Shown here piece by piece: positions 1 to 8,745 of a stretch of 60,484 bases of DNA. The position numbers and the translations under genes were made by a program. Under the pieces are notes generated by a model that saw only the letters and a program-made list of their open reading frames with translations, searched no databases and had not been told where the DNA came from. Origin of the DNA: a virus (lineage: Duplodnaviria; Caudoviricetes); the IMG/VR virus record IMGVR_UViG_3300032213_001151, positions 1-60,484 of that record; one strand, written 5' to 3'. How positions within the stretch are numbered: the stretch's first letter is position 1; every line of letters begins with the position of its first letter.

Positions 1-123
1 CCTTGCGTATCTCGTCACTTGTCTTGCCCTTTACGCCTACAGTCACGTGACCCCCACAGCGTCTGTCAGCAGGGCTGTAGCGTGAGTCAATTATCTTCTC
101 AGCCTGCACGAACAAGTCATAGA
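1..123. repeat. Terminal direct repeat, copy 1 (circular assembly overlap)
   Basis: Identical to 60362-60484; the amidoligase ORF reads in frame through the join. Confidence 0.95.
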
Positions 124-475
124 CCTTGTTGCGCCATTTGCCTTCGGGCAGCAGGGGTAAGATGTGGGTCACTGCCTCGTATCCGCATGAGCCGTCACGT
201 TCAAACCCGCAGAACAGTGGGTATTCCTTCACAGCACCTCTGTGTAGTACGTTCTTCTCAACTTCAAAACCGATTGTGAACTTGCTCTCATGCACACCAC
301 CCTCGGTAAGGATTGCGTGCCTGCGCTGCATGGGCTTCAATCCAATCACGTCAACCGTGTAAGGGGTCTTGCTGTGATTCAATGGGCTTGGCTTGCCGTG
401 ATAACTCTGTACAGTGCCTCTTCTTTCGTCACCCGTGTTAGTGTAGGCGATTCCGTTTAAAAAATTGTTCGTCAT
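1..475 (-). CDS. Putative amidoligase (COOH-NH2 ligase, Amidoligase_2-like), 5' part; continues to 59823 across the join (~337 aa)
   Basis: Manual translation from ATG 475: MTNNFLNG...FTIGFEVE...FERDGSCGYEAVT...YDLFVQAEK, which joins ORF 59823..60476. Confidence 0.75.
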   Translation of the reverse strand, partial: MTNNFLNGIAYTNTGDERRGTVQSYHGKPSPLNHSKTPYTVDVIGLKPMQRRHAILTEGGVHESKFTIGFEVEKNVLHRGAVKEYPLFCGFERDGSCGYEAVTHILPLLPEGKWRNKVYDLFVQAEKIIDSRYSPADRRCGGHVTVGVKGKTSDEIRK

Positions 476-502
476 AGTGGTAGTGTTGGTTTAGTATGGG
501 TA

Positions 503-518
503 GTGTCCTCAAAGACAC
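503..518. repeat. 16-bp palindrome site 1 (GTGTCCTCAAAGACAC)
   Basis: Intergenic; extended by GGGTA/TACCC arms (498-523). Confidence 0.95.
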
Positions 519-536
519 TACCCGTGTTGTTGTTGG

Positions 537-1205
537 TTAATTTTCACCCCCTCTGTTGGCAAGTGCTGCCTTCAGGAACTCAAGTGCAAAGTTTAGCTCT
601 TCGTCACTGTTCTGCGTGGTCACAGTGCCGTTGGTGTCTACCCTCACAGCTACGTTTCTGCCAAGGTCCAAGTCAGCAGCCTTGAAAGACATTATGAAGA
701 CTGTCGCAGTGCGCACTTCCACTTCGGGGGTGCTGTCTTCGCCTTCCTCATTTCCACTGCCTTCACCCTCACCTTTTCCGCTGCCTGCGGTCTCTGCTGC
801 TGCACGTGCAAACTTCAATAAGCCCTCAAGTGTTCTGTTAGGCTCTTGCCCTTCTGCCTCTGCCTCGTCACACTTGGTGTTGAACAAGTTAATTGTTTCT
901 TGTGGCAGTTTGCCTGCCTTCAACACTTTGTAGAAGTAGCTTTTTTGCCACCCGAAAACTTTCTTTCCAAACTCTTCGTTGGACCAAGAAACGCCTTCCT
1001 CGCGGAAAACTGCCTTGCCTTCGTCAGACGAAAACCATTCGTGTGCCTTCAACACCAACTTGCTCAAGGCAATTGTGTTGGTGAACTTGCTCTTTTGTGC
1101 GTTGGTGAGAGTGCGCTGCACCTTGCGAATCTCTGTGATGTTCAAACCTGCCTTCACTTGTGGTAAGGCTAAAAGTGCGGTCTCGATTGTTAGTAACTGT
1201 GTCAT
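537..1205 (-). CDS. Early protein with possible helix-turn-helix and an acidic Gly-rich linker
   Basis: 222-aa ORF; segment WSNEEFGKKVFGWQKSYFYKVLK looks HTH-like; follows a TAnnTTTG element. Confidence 0.7.
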   Translation of the reverse strand: MTQLLTIETALLALPQVKAGLNITEIRKVQRTLTNAQKSKFTNTIALSKLVLKAHEWFSSDEGKAVFREEGVSWSNEEFGKKVFGWQKSYFYKVLKAGKLPQETINLFNTKCDEAEAEGQEPNRTLEGLLKFARAAAETAGSGKGEGEGSGNEEGEDSTPEVEVRTATVFIMSFKAADLDLGRNVAVRVDTNGTVTTQNSDEELNFALEFLKAALANRGGEN

Positions 1206-1257
1206 ATTTAATTAGTTAAGTGGTTTTTTCGTGTTGCCGCCTCGTTCATTGGCGGTA

Positions 1258-1265
1258 CAAACATA
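1258..1265 (-). promoter_or_regulatory. Bacteroidota-type -7 promoter element (TATGTTTG)
   Basis: Matches TAnnTTTG upstream of the first - strand gene; context resembles 53561, 57404 and 58542. Confidence 0.65.
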
Positions 1266-1469
1266 GTATATAGTTTGTATATTACCATACATTGAGCAAA
1301 AATTTTTTAGTTTTTTTATTCATTGCCATATTCAGTGCGTCCGCTTTCCCTTGTCCCGCTTGCGTTTGCGCTTGGTACATTGCCCGTAAAAAAATTATAA
1401 AGTTTTTTTGTGGCACATGGGCTAAGCAAGGCTTACCCTTGTGTAGCAAGGGTTTGAGGCTCGTTTGTA

Positions 1470-1485
1470 GTGTCTTTGAGGACAC
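1470..1485. repeat. 16-bp palindrome site 2 (GTGTCTTTGAGGACAC)
   Basis: Non-coding; reverse complement of site 1. Confidence 0.95.
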
Positions 1486-1529
1486 AAAACGTATGCAGAC
1501 AGTGCGCATACTGTATGTATCAGGTATGA

Positions 1530-1643
1530 AAGGCAAGCAGGCAGGCAGCAAGGCAGGGCAAGCAAGCAGGCAAGGCAGGAACAAGGCAGCGCAAGCAGGT
1601 ATGCAAGGCAGGCATGAGCACTATGCAGGCAGGCAGGCAGGGC
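1530..1643. repeat. Low-complexity AGGC/AAGC/GCAG tandem array
   Basis: aggcaagcaggcaggcagcaaggcagggcaagcaagcaggcaaggcagg... Confidence 0.85.
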
Positions 1644-1787
1644 TGCCATAGAAAAAGCCAAAAAGTTTGCAGTGCGCAGCGCAAAGGGTGACCCCCACCC
1701 CTTGGGCAGGGGGGTGCTTCCGCAGGGGGGGCGCTTGGCGCAGGACGGGGGGGAACCCTAATAGTCAGCATATCTAATAAAAAGTTG

Positions 1788-1795
1788 TACCTTTG
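1788..1795 (+). promoter_or_regulatory. -7 promoter element TACCTTTG
   Basis: TAnnTTTG followed 4 nt later by ATG 1800. Confidence 0.65.
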
Positions 1796-1799
1796 TTAT

Positions 1800-2015
1800 A
1801 TGAAAAAGGGAATTGGAAAGATGAGCATAATGGGTCAGCCGGGGTTGACTGTAAGAAATGGTCGATTGATTAACAATCTTCCTGATGGCACGATGGGTAT
1901 TCAAGCAGCAGCAGATGCGAGGAAGTTGAGAAGGAAAGAGGAGAAGATTGAGATGATGGTTGAAGCTGATGTACGTGCGAGTATGAGAGAAAAGTTGCTT
2001 GGGTTGGAAAGTTAA
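1800..2015 (+). CDS. Hypothetical protein (71 aa)
   Basis: ORF 1785..2015 with start moved to ATG 1800; bounded by promoter and terminator. Confidence 0.7.
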   Translation: MKKGIGKMSIMGQPGLTVRNGRLINNLPDGTMGIQAAADARKLRRKEEKIEMMVEADVRASMREKLLGLES

Positions 2016-2046
2016 CCCGCTTCATATATTTTGTTGTTTGTTACAG

Positions 2047-2074
2047 AGAGGGTAGAGATACCCTCTTTTTTTTT
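2047..2074 (+). terminator. Intrinsic terminator
   Basis: AGAGGGTA-gaga-TACCCTCT followed by a T-run. Confidence 0.85.
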
Positions 2075-2368
2075 AGTGTCGTTTTAAAAATTCTTTTGTT
2101 AATGGTTGGCTATTAGATTGGTCTTTCTAAGAGTTTTAGTATTTGTATTATTAGTATCTATAAATATCTATTGATATTATTTTGTCATTAGAATGACTAT
2201 TTTAATGTCAATAATAAATAGATAAGTTATTGATTAATAATAGTTCTGTCGAAAATGTTAAAAATAAGAGAAGTTTCTAACTATAAAAAAAAATAATATA
2301 AAGGAGGAGAGAGAGAGAGAATAGGGGGAGATAAAAATCACACATTGCATATTTGGTGTTAAAGGATA

Positions 2369-2376
2369 TATCTTTG
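2369..2376 (+). promoter_or_regulatory. -7 promoter element TATCTTTG for groEL
   Basis: TAnnTTTG 22 nt before the groEL ATG. Confidence 0.65.
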
Positions 2377-2398
2377 CCACAATCAAATTAAATCAATC

Positions 2399-4018
2399 AT
2401 GATAGACAATGGCATGGGGTATTCCCCGAAGGACCTTCAGTTTGGAGAAGAGGGTCGTAAGAAACTAATCAGTGGTATTTCAAAAATTGCAACTGCAGTC
2501 AAGAGCACATTAGGACCGAGGGGTAACACTGTGTTGATTGAGTCGCCATCACACACGAGCAGTATAACTGTGACCAAGGATGGTGTGACGGTAGCCAAGT
2601 CAATTGACTTGATGGACCCTGTAGAGAACCTTGCGGTAAGGATGATGAAGGAGGCAGCAGACAAGACTGCCAACTCAGCGGGTGATGGTACGACAACTGC
2701 CATTGTGTTGACTGAGGCTATTGTCAAAGCGGGTGACGAGTTGATGGACAGTGACACGAACAGGACGCTTGTGTTGCGAGAGATTGTGGAGATGGGCAAC
2801 AAGATAGTGGAGAAGCTTGCGCAAAAGAACGTGAAGCTAACCGAGCACACCTTGTTGGATGTAGCTAAAATCTCTGCGAACAATGACAAGACTATTGGTG
2901 AGACCATTGCCAAGGTATACAAAGAGATTGGTGAGAATGGTATTGTGACAGTAGAGAAGTCGCAGACCACTGAGACATATGCTGAGTCAACGCACGGGTT
3001 CAAGGTACAGAGAGGGTACTACTCACCGCTGTTCATCAATGACCAAAAGAAGGACGAGTGCATCTATGAGGATGTGATGGTGCTAATCAGTGACGCTGAG
3101 ATACACAACTTGCTGCAGATTGAGCCGGTGCTGAAACCAATTATCCAAGAGGGTAAGAAGCTTCTGATTATTGCTCCGTGCTCAGTGAACGTGGTGAACA
3201 CATTGGCTGCGAATGTGGTGAAGAACAACCTGAAGGTATGTGCGATTGAGCCACCATCATTCGGGTATAAGAAGCATGAGCTGATGCAAGACATTGCCTT
3301 GGCTGTGGGTGCTAAGTATTTCTCAGAGAAGACAGGTGACGACTTGAGCCTAATCTCGTATGCTGACCTTGGTCATGCTGCAAAGATTATCATTGACTCG
3401 AAGAGCACTGTGATAATCAACTCTGAGTTCAGAACAGACTTTGAGGAGATTGACAACAGGGTTGCTCAGTTGTGGGAGGCGCACAAGGCTGCCAACAAGA
3501 AGCATGAGAAGGAGTTCATCCTCTCAAGGATAGCATCACTGACAGGTGGCGTTGGTGTCATCTACGTAGGTGGTACAACTGACATAGAGCAGAAGGAGCT
3601 GTATGACCGTGTCGATGACGCAGTGTGTGCAGTACGTTCAGCATTAGAGGAGGGCATCCTTCCCGGTGCAGGCAAAGCGTTATTCGAGGAGGCACTTGCT
3701 ATTGTTGGCGAGGCTAATGACAGCAAGGAGAGAACTATTGCCAAGAAGATTCTTCACACCGCACTTCAGATACCGCTGATGCAGATACTGCTGAACGCAG
3801 GCATGAACGGGCATGAGGTGTATGCTGATGCGAATATGCGTCAGTCAGGTCGTGGGTACAATGTGGTGACAGGGACCTATGGTGACCTGATTGAGATGGG
3901 TGTGATTGACCCGGTGAAGGTGACAAGGTCAGCCCTGCAGAATGCAATCAGTGTGGCAACAACAATCCTATCAACCAACGCCATCATCACAATGGCGAGA
4001 ACATACGATACAAAATGA
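2399..4018 (+). CDS. groEL: Chaperonin GroEL (Cpn60)
   Basis: TLGPRG, TKDGVTVA, AGDGTTTA, EEGILPGAG and GVIDPVKVTR motifs. Confidence 0.98.
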   Translation: MIDNGMGYSPKDLQFGEEGRKKLISGISKIATAVKSTLGPRGNTVLIESPSHTSSITVTKDGVTVAKSIDLMDPVENLAVRMMKEAADKTANSAGDGTTTAIVLTEAIVKAGDELMDSDTNRTLVLREIVEMGNKIVEKLAQKNVKLTEHTLLDVAKISANNDKTIGETIAKVYKEIGENGIVTVEKSQTTETYAESTHGFKVQRGYYSPLFINDQKKDECIYEDVMVLISDAEIHNLLQIEPVLKPIIQEGKKLLIIAPCSVNVVNTLAANVVKNNLKVCAIEPPSFGYKKHELMQDIALAVGAKYFSEKTGDDLSLISYADLGHAAKIIIDSKSTVIINSEFRTDFEEIDNRVAQLWEAHKAANKKHEKEFILSRIASLTGGVGVIYVGGTTDIEQKELYDRVDDAVCAVRSALEEGILPGAGKALFEEALAIVGEANDSKERTIAKKILHTALQIPLMQILLNAGMNGHEVYADANMRQSGRGYNVVTGTYGDLIEMGVIDPVKVTRSALQNAISVATTILSTNAIITMARTYDTK

Positions 4019-4290
4019 TAGCAATAGGCAAAAACATAATTGTCAACGACATTGACGAGGAGATTAAAACTGAGTCAGGGTTGTTGCTATCCGCAGAGGA
4101 TGCACGTGGGTTCAGATACAAGAAGGCAACTGTGGTTGTTCCGGGTACTGAGGTGTCTGTGATAAACGCAGGCGATGAGATATACTACGACAAGTCGCAC
4201 TCCTACACAATGGTGATAGGCGATAAGCCATACACGATTATTCAGGAACGTGATGTCGTTGTTGTTTCAGATAGGCATTCATCTCTTTGA
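4015..4290 (+). CDS. groES: Co-chaperonin GroES (Cpn10)
   Basis: 91 aa; KTESGLLL mobile loop, ATVVVPG, GDEIYY; coupled to groEL. Confidence 0.9.
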   Translation: MIAIGKNIIVNDIDEEIKTESGLLLSAEDARGFRYKKATVVVPGTEVSVINAGDEIYYDKSHSYTMVIGDKPYTIIQERDVVVVSDRHSSL

Positions 4291-4699
4291 TGAACTCTCT
4301 GTAACGCTTATCCATGTAAGATACATTCTTTGCGAAGATTGGATTATTTGACTGACTAACGGGGATTTCTTCCCCGTTTAGTTTTTTATACATGGATGAG
4401 ATTACACGCTTACCCTTGTATGAGATTTCATACAGAGCCTTCTGTTTCTTCTTTTGGTCATAGTCCCTGAACTTTGAAATCCAACCATCTCTCAAAAGTT
4501 TATCGAATCGGTTCTCATCCCAAGACATGAGCTTATTGAACTCATCGAACTTCTCCTTCGGGAAGTATTTCTCTGAGTAGAGGAACAGCAGCATATCAAG
4601 TTCACACTGAGTTAACCCATACTTGGCTTTCATGAAATACCTGATGACTCTCCAAAACTTTAGGTAGTCGCTTGTGGGGGTGTATCCGTTATATGACAT
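4238..4699 (-). CDS. Winged-helix (MarR-like) DNA-binding protein
   Basis: YGLTQCELDMLLFL...FDKLLRDGWI...YEISYKGK pattern; start set at ATG 4699. Confidence 0.7.
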   Translation of the reverse strand: MSYNGYTPTSDYLKFWRVIRYFMKAKYGLTQCELDMLLFLYSEKYFPKEKFDEFNKLMSWDENRFDKLLRDGWISKFRDYDQKKKQKALYEISYKGKRVISSMYKKLNGEEIPVSQSNNPIFAKNVSYMDKRYREFIKEMNAYLKQQRHHVPE

Positions 4700-4713
4700 T
4701 AGATTTAATTTAT

Positions 4714-4731
4714 TACTTTTGTACAAAGTTA
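4714..4731. promoter_or_regulatory. Face-to-face -7 elements (+ TACTTTTG 4714-4721; - TAACTTTG 4724-4731)
   Basis: Both match TAnnTTTG within the 37-bp gap between divergent genes. Confidence 0.55.
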
Positions 4732-4736
4732 CCATA

Positions 4737-5027
4737 ATGGCAGATAAAAGTAAAATGAAGTGTAACGTGCCCCGTACTTCTGACCGTGCAGGTAAGAAGA
4801 TGATGGTAAAGGCGTGTGCAGGTGGCAAAGAAAAGCTACTTCACTTCGGAGCCAAGGGTTATGGTCACAATTATTCCCCTGCTGCACGTAAAAGCTTCAA
4901 GGCTCGTCACAGTTGTGACACCGCAACCGATAAATTGACCCCAAGATATTGGGCTTGCAAGAAATTATGGGCAGGTCCGGGTGGCTCAACACAGTCATCA
5001 CCAAAAAGTAGGAGAGGAAAGTACTGA
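4737..5027 (+). CDS. Small basic protein (ARKSFKARHSC...YWAC..LW)
   Basis: Lys/Arg-rich, start at ATG 4737. Confidence 0.8.
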   Translation: MADKSKMKCNVPRTSDRAGKKMMVKACAGGKEKLLHFGAKGYGHNYSPAARKSFKARHSCDTATDKLTPRYWACKKLWAGPGGSTQSSPKSRRGKY

Positions 5028-5221
5028 TGAAGAAGGAAAATGTGTCTTGGAAGAGCAAAGGTCACTACCTAAAGGACGGAACAGAGTGGATGGGTGCACA
5101 ACACGCACACAAAAACAAAGTTATGACCGGGAAATCCCACACTGCTACAAGCAAACCGCTATTCCACTTCATGGAATTGGGTTCAGTTGCCAAGAAAAAG
5201 GTCTTATCTAAGAAAAAGTAA
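5027..5221 (+). CDS. Small basic His-rich protein
   Basis: 64-aa ORF coupled to the upstream stop. Confidence 0.75.
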   Translation: MKKENVSWKSKGHYLKDGTEWMGAQHAHKNKVMTGKSHTATSKPLFHFMELGSVAKKKVLSKKK

Positions 5222-5226
5222 CGACA

Positions 5227-5574
5227 ATGAAGGATGCCTGCTACAAAAAAGTGAAAGCACAGTACAATATATTCCCATCTGCACGTGCATCACAGGCTAT
5301 TGCCAAGTGTCGCAAGGAATCGGGCAGTGTTCGCAAGGGTGAGGCAGGCACATCACTGAAAAGATGGCAGAATGAGAAGTGGGTTGACACCAAATCAGGC
5401 AAACCATGTGGTGCAGGTGGCAAGAATGAGTACTGTCGTCCATCAAAGAGAGTGTCTTCAAAGACACCCGTGACGAAATCGGAGTTGAGTTCGTCAAAGC
5501 TTGCAGCAAAGAAAGCAGAGAAGTCAAGAGTGGGTATGGGAAATCGTGTCTCAAACATTAATAAAAAAAAATAG
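5227..5574 (+). CDS. Small basic protein (SLKRWQNEKWVD...CG...YCRP)
   Basis: 115-aa ORF in operon context. Confidence 0.8.
   Translation: MKDACYKKVKAQYNIFPSARASQAIAKCRKESGSVRKGEAGTSLKRWQNEKWVDTKSGKPCGAGGKNEYCRPSKRVSSKTPVTKSELSSSKLAAKKAEKSRVGMGNRVSNINKKK
5452..5467. repeat. 16-bp palindrome site 3 (GTGTCTTCAAAGACAC)
   Basis: Inside CDS, read as VSSKT. Confidence 0.95.
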
Positions 5575-5587
5575 ATAACTTTGCATC

Positions 5588-5761
5588 ATGGCTAAGGCAA
5601 GTAAGTTTGAAAAACTGAGCAACAAGATTGCAGAGAAGCAAGGTATATCAAAGAAAGCAGCAAATGCTATAACTGCTTCCATTGGTCGTAAGAAATACGG
5701 GAACGCTGCCTTCCAAAAAATGGCAGCCAAAGGAAAAGCAAAATCAAAAAACAAAAAATAA
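5588..5761 (+). CDS. Small basic protein (57 aa), not in ORF track
   Basis: MAKASKFEKL...ASIGRKKYGNAAFQKMAAKGK; ATG 4 nt after TAACTTTG (5576-5583). Confidence 0.75.
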   Translation: MAKASKFEKLSNKIAEKQGISKKAANAITASIGRKKYGNAAFQKMAAKGKAKSKNKK

Positions 5762-5762
5762 C

Positions 5763-5921
5763 ATGAAAAAGATGATGACCCCCGGTGTTATGAACTCAAT
5801 CAGTAACCCAAAGAAAGCAGCAGTTAAGAAAGCTGTAGTAAAAGCTGTGGCTAAGAAAGCTGTAGGCAAAGCAGTTGCTAAAAAAGCAATGGGCAAAGCT
5901 GCATCAAAGAAAATGTGCTAA
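5763..5921 (+). CDS. Histone H1-like Lys/Ala-rich protein (52 aa)
   Basis: KKAAVKKAVVKAVAKKAVGKAVAKKA repeats. Confidence 0.7.
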   Translation: MKKMMTPGVMNSISNPKKAAVKKAVVKAVAKKAVGKAVAKKAMGKAASKKMC

Positions 5922-5937
5922 TTCTAAATCATTAACA

Positions 5938-6123
5938 ATGATGAAGGTTAACGGCATTGGCGTGACTCTTAGCAAAGACATTGCTAAGAACAAGTCTAAC
6001 GTGATGAATAAGATGGGCAATAAGAAAGCCCTGATGAAGCGTTCAGATTGCAAAGGGTTGAATGACCCATGCATCATGAACGGAACTGTAGGAAAGCAGT
6101 TGAGCAAACTAATTTCTAAGTAA
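5938..6123 (+). CDS. Small basic protein
   Basis: MMKVNGIG..., A-rich start context. Confidence 0.65.
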   Translation: MMKVNGIGVTLSKDIAKNKSNVMNKMGNKKALMKRSDCKGLNDPCIMNGTVGKQLSKLISK

Positions 6124-6130
6124 ACAAAGT

Positions 6131-6301
6131 ATGAAGCTAAGCGAGGAAAGCCAAGGTCTTGGAGATACCATTGAGAAGATTACCACTGTAACAGGGGTAA
6201 AGAAAGTCGTTGACACTGTATCGAATGCAGTGAAGAAGGACTGTGGTTGCAAAGCAAGAAAGGATGCGCTTAATCGTATGTTTCCGTATCAGAAAAAATA
6301 A
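6131..6301 (+). CDS. Small protein (56 aa, GLGDTIEK...DCGCKARK), not in ORF track
   Basis: Manual translation; fills the operon gap. Confidence 0.75.
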   Translation: MKLSEESQGLGDTIEKITTVTGVKKVVDTVSNAVKKDCGCKARKDALNRMFPYQKK

Positions 6302-6315
6302 AACAAACAAAAGCA

Positions 6316-6582
6316 ATGGCGTATCAAAAACTTCAGGCGTATAGAGCTGCAGCAGTAACACCGAGCAACACGAATGACATACCGAGTGTTTCCAACCAAG
6401 ATGGTACGGGGAACAATGGTTGTGTTATTTATATTGGCGGTGCAGGTAACCTTGATGTTACAACTGCGGGTGGTGACCGTGTAACATTCACAGGATTGTT
6501 AGCCGGTCAATTCGTGCCTGTTCAAGTTGTAAGGGTTTGGGCATCAGGAACAACAGCAACTAACATTTTAGCTCTTTGGTAA
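6316..6582 (+). CDS. Small beta-rich virion protein (head spike/fibre base-like)
   Basis: AVTPS...IYIGGAGNL...VPVQVVRVWASGTTATNILALW. Confidence 0.7.
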   Translation: MAYQKLQAYRAAAVTPSNTNDIPSVSNQDGTGNNGCVIYIGGAGNLDVTTAGGDRVTFTGLLAGQFVPVQVVRVWASGTTATNILALW

Positions 6583-6583
6583 G

Positions 6584-6742
6584 ATGACAGGATTGCTTAT
6601 TTCTATAGGTAACCTTATCGGAGGTAGCATTATGGGGGGTGGTACTCCACCACCTGTTGTTACTTATTTCTTGCTTTGGAAGACACCAACCGATAGAATG
6701 TTGATTAGTGCATCAGGTTCAGACAAACTCGTTTGGAGATAA
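6584..6742 (+). CDS. Hypothetical protein (52 aa), not in ORF track
   Basis: MTGLLISIGNLIGG...KLVWR fills the gap. Confidence 0.6.
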   Translation: MTGLLISIGNLIGGSIMGGGTPPPVVTYFLLWKTPTDRMLISASGSDKLVWR

Positions 6743-6754
6743 AAATAAAAAAGA

Positions 6755-8428
6755 ATGGCAGATTTAACCATATTTCAACTCACGCAAATCCTTCCCGGTG
6801 CTGTAGACAGTGCTGCTGATTTAATTCCATTGTGGGATAATAGTGCGACTGAGACAAAGAAAATCACAATAGATGATTTAAAGACAGTCATAGGATTGCC
6901 TTCGCTAACAAGTGGACAGGTATGGGTAGGCTCTGCAACAAATGTAGCCACTGCACGTACTTTAACATTGAGTGCAACGGGTGGTGCATTTGCATTATCC
7001 AATACAGGTGTATTTACATTCCCTGATGCTAATGGTACAACACGTGGTTTGTTGACAGCAACAGATTGGACTACGTTCAATGGAAAGCAAAGTGCTATAA
7101 CATTAACAACAACAGGTACAAGTGGTGCTGCTACCTTTGTAGGTAATATACTAAATATTCCAAACTATGCAGGTGGAGCTACGAATTGGTCTGAGACATT
7201 TGCTTCAGGCACACAGGCTTCATCACAATGGACACCGAACAATGCAGCAGCTAACGTAAATGCTGTCATAACTCCAAAGGGAACAGGTGCTTTAGTGACT
7301 GACTTTCCTGATGGGACGGCTACAGGTGGTAATGCTCGTGGTGCATATGCAGTTGACCTACAGCATCAAAGAAGTGCTGCTACACAAATTGCATCAGCAG
7401 CTAACAGTGCTATACTTAGTGGATTGAATAACTCTTCACTATCAGCAAGAAGTGTAGTAGTTGGTGGTAGCACAAATACCATAATCGCAGGAGATAGTTC
7501 TGTTATTGTGGGTGGTGTATCTAATACTGTCAACTCAGGAGCAACAGGTCTATCATTCATTGGTGGTGGTACATTAAACTCAATGACAGGAACATATGGG
7601 TTTATTGGTGGTGGTGATTCAAATACTAACGCAGGAGTATATAATGCTATTGGTGGTGGTCAGCAAAACAGCATTATTGCAATTCAATGGGGCTTTATTG
7701 GCGGTGGATTCTCAAACACCATAACAGGTAATGGCAATATAGTTGTTGGTGGTTATGATAATACCGGTAATGGAACATATAGTTTTGTAGGTGGTGGTGA
7801 ACAAAATAGTATATCATCAGGGTCATATGCAGTTTTAGTTGGTGGTCAAACTAACTTGGTAAGTGCGAATTGGGGATTCCTTGGTGGAGGTTTATCAAAC
7901 CAACTGAATGAACAATTCACATCTATTGCAGGTGGTAGACAGGCAAATGCTTACCTATATGGTATGCAGGCATATTCAGCAGGTCAGTTCTCTGCACTTG
8001 CTGATGCACAGATGGCTACACTTCAAATGAGAGCAGCTATAACAGGTACAGCTATTGCTGACCTATGGCTTGATGGCTCAAGTGTAAGACCAATTCTTGC
8101 AGGAACGAATACATTATGGGCTGCAAGAGTTCAGCTTGTTGCTGTATGTACAGCAGCAGGTAATGGTACTACTGCTGTTGGTGCTATGTATGCTGCTGAA
8201 AGACAGCTTGCTATCAAGAGATTGAATACTACTACATCATTGGTTGGTGCTGTTGGTACAATTGGTGCTAACTTATCTGATACATCAATGAGTACTGCTG
8301 CTGTTACAATCACTGCTGATGATACAAACGAAGCTTTGAGAGTACAGTTCACTCCACCCTCAACTGCAGGAACAACAACAACATTCAGAGTCGTTGCTAC
8401 GATTCAATTAACACAAGTTAAATACTAA
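6755..8428 (+). CDS. Tail/head fibre protein with Gly-rich beta-helix repeats
   Basis: 557 aa; repeated (F/V)IGGG..N units. Confidence 0.8.
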   Translation: MADLTIFQLTQILPGAVDSAADLIPLWDNSATETKKITIDDLKTVIGLPSLTSGQVWVGSATNVATARTLTLSATGGAFALSNTGVFTFPDANGTTRGLLTATDWTTFNGKQSAITLTTTGTSGAATFVGNILNIPNYAGGATNWSETFASGTQASSQWTPNNAAANVNAVITPKGTGALVTDFPDGTATGGNARGAYAVDLQHQRSAATQIASAANSAILSGLNNSSLSARSVVVGGSTNTIIAGDSSVIVGGVSNTVNSGATGLSFIGGGTLNSMTGTYGFIGGGDSNTNAGVYNAIGGGQQNSIIAIQWGFIGGGFSNTITGNGNIVVGGYDNTGNGTYSFVGGGEQNSISSGSYAVLVGGQTNLVSANWGFLGGGLSNQLNEQFTSIAGGRQANAYLYGMQAYSAGQFSALADAQMATLQMRAAITGTAIADLWLDGSSVRPILAGTNTLWAARVQLVAVCTAAGNGTTAVGAMYAAERQLAIKRLNTTTSLVGAVGTIGANLSDTSMSTAAVTITADDTNEALRVQFTPPSTAGTTTTFRVVATIQLTQVKY

Positions 8429-8432
8429 GAAA

Positions 8433-8741
8433 ATGGCTATACAAATTAATGCAACTATAGAAACCGCTGAAGGTTTTAGCATTCAACCATTCTGCTATCT
8501 GTTGATTCAGATTTACTCACCCAATGATTCAAAGTCTGTGCTTCAGTACTATAAGTCTGAGCAAGACTATATTGATGGTAAGTCATCAATCAATCTTCCA
8601 ACACTACCATCTTTGGTAAACTTGGGGTTGACGGGTTCTGAGTTTTGGGGTCCTGATTTAGCAACACTAATTCACAACAAATGCATAACTGCTATTGAAG
8701 AAGTAACAGGTGCAGACACTTGTGACATAGCTACTCTTTAA
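8433..8741 (+). CDS. Hypothetical protein (possible fibre assembly factor)
   Basis: 102-aa ORF directly after the fibre gene. Confidence 0.65.
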   Translation: MAIQINATIETAEGFSIQPFCYLLIQIYSPNDSKSVLQYYKSEQDYIDGKSSINLPTLPSLVNLGLTGSEFWGPDLATLIHNKCITAIEEVTGADTCDIATL

Positions 8742-8745
8742 TGAG

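Noticed and set aside
19-362. + strand ORFs at the window start and other antisense ORFs in the track
   Set aside because: Shadows of better-supported genes on the opposite strand or frame
1282-1771. ORFs 1282-1584, 1292-1651, 1422-1661 and 1520-1771
   Set aside because: They arise from the low-complexity repeat and have no credible start context
6671-6686. Partial palindrome matches here and at about 22058-22073
   Set aside because: Four mismatches each and symmetry lost
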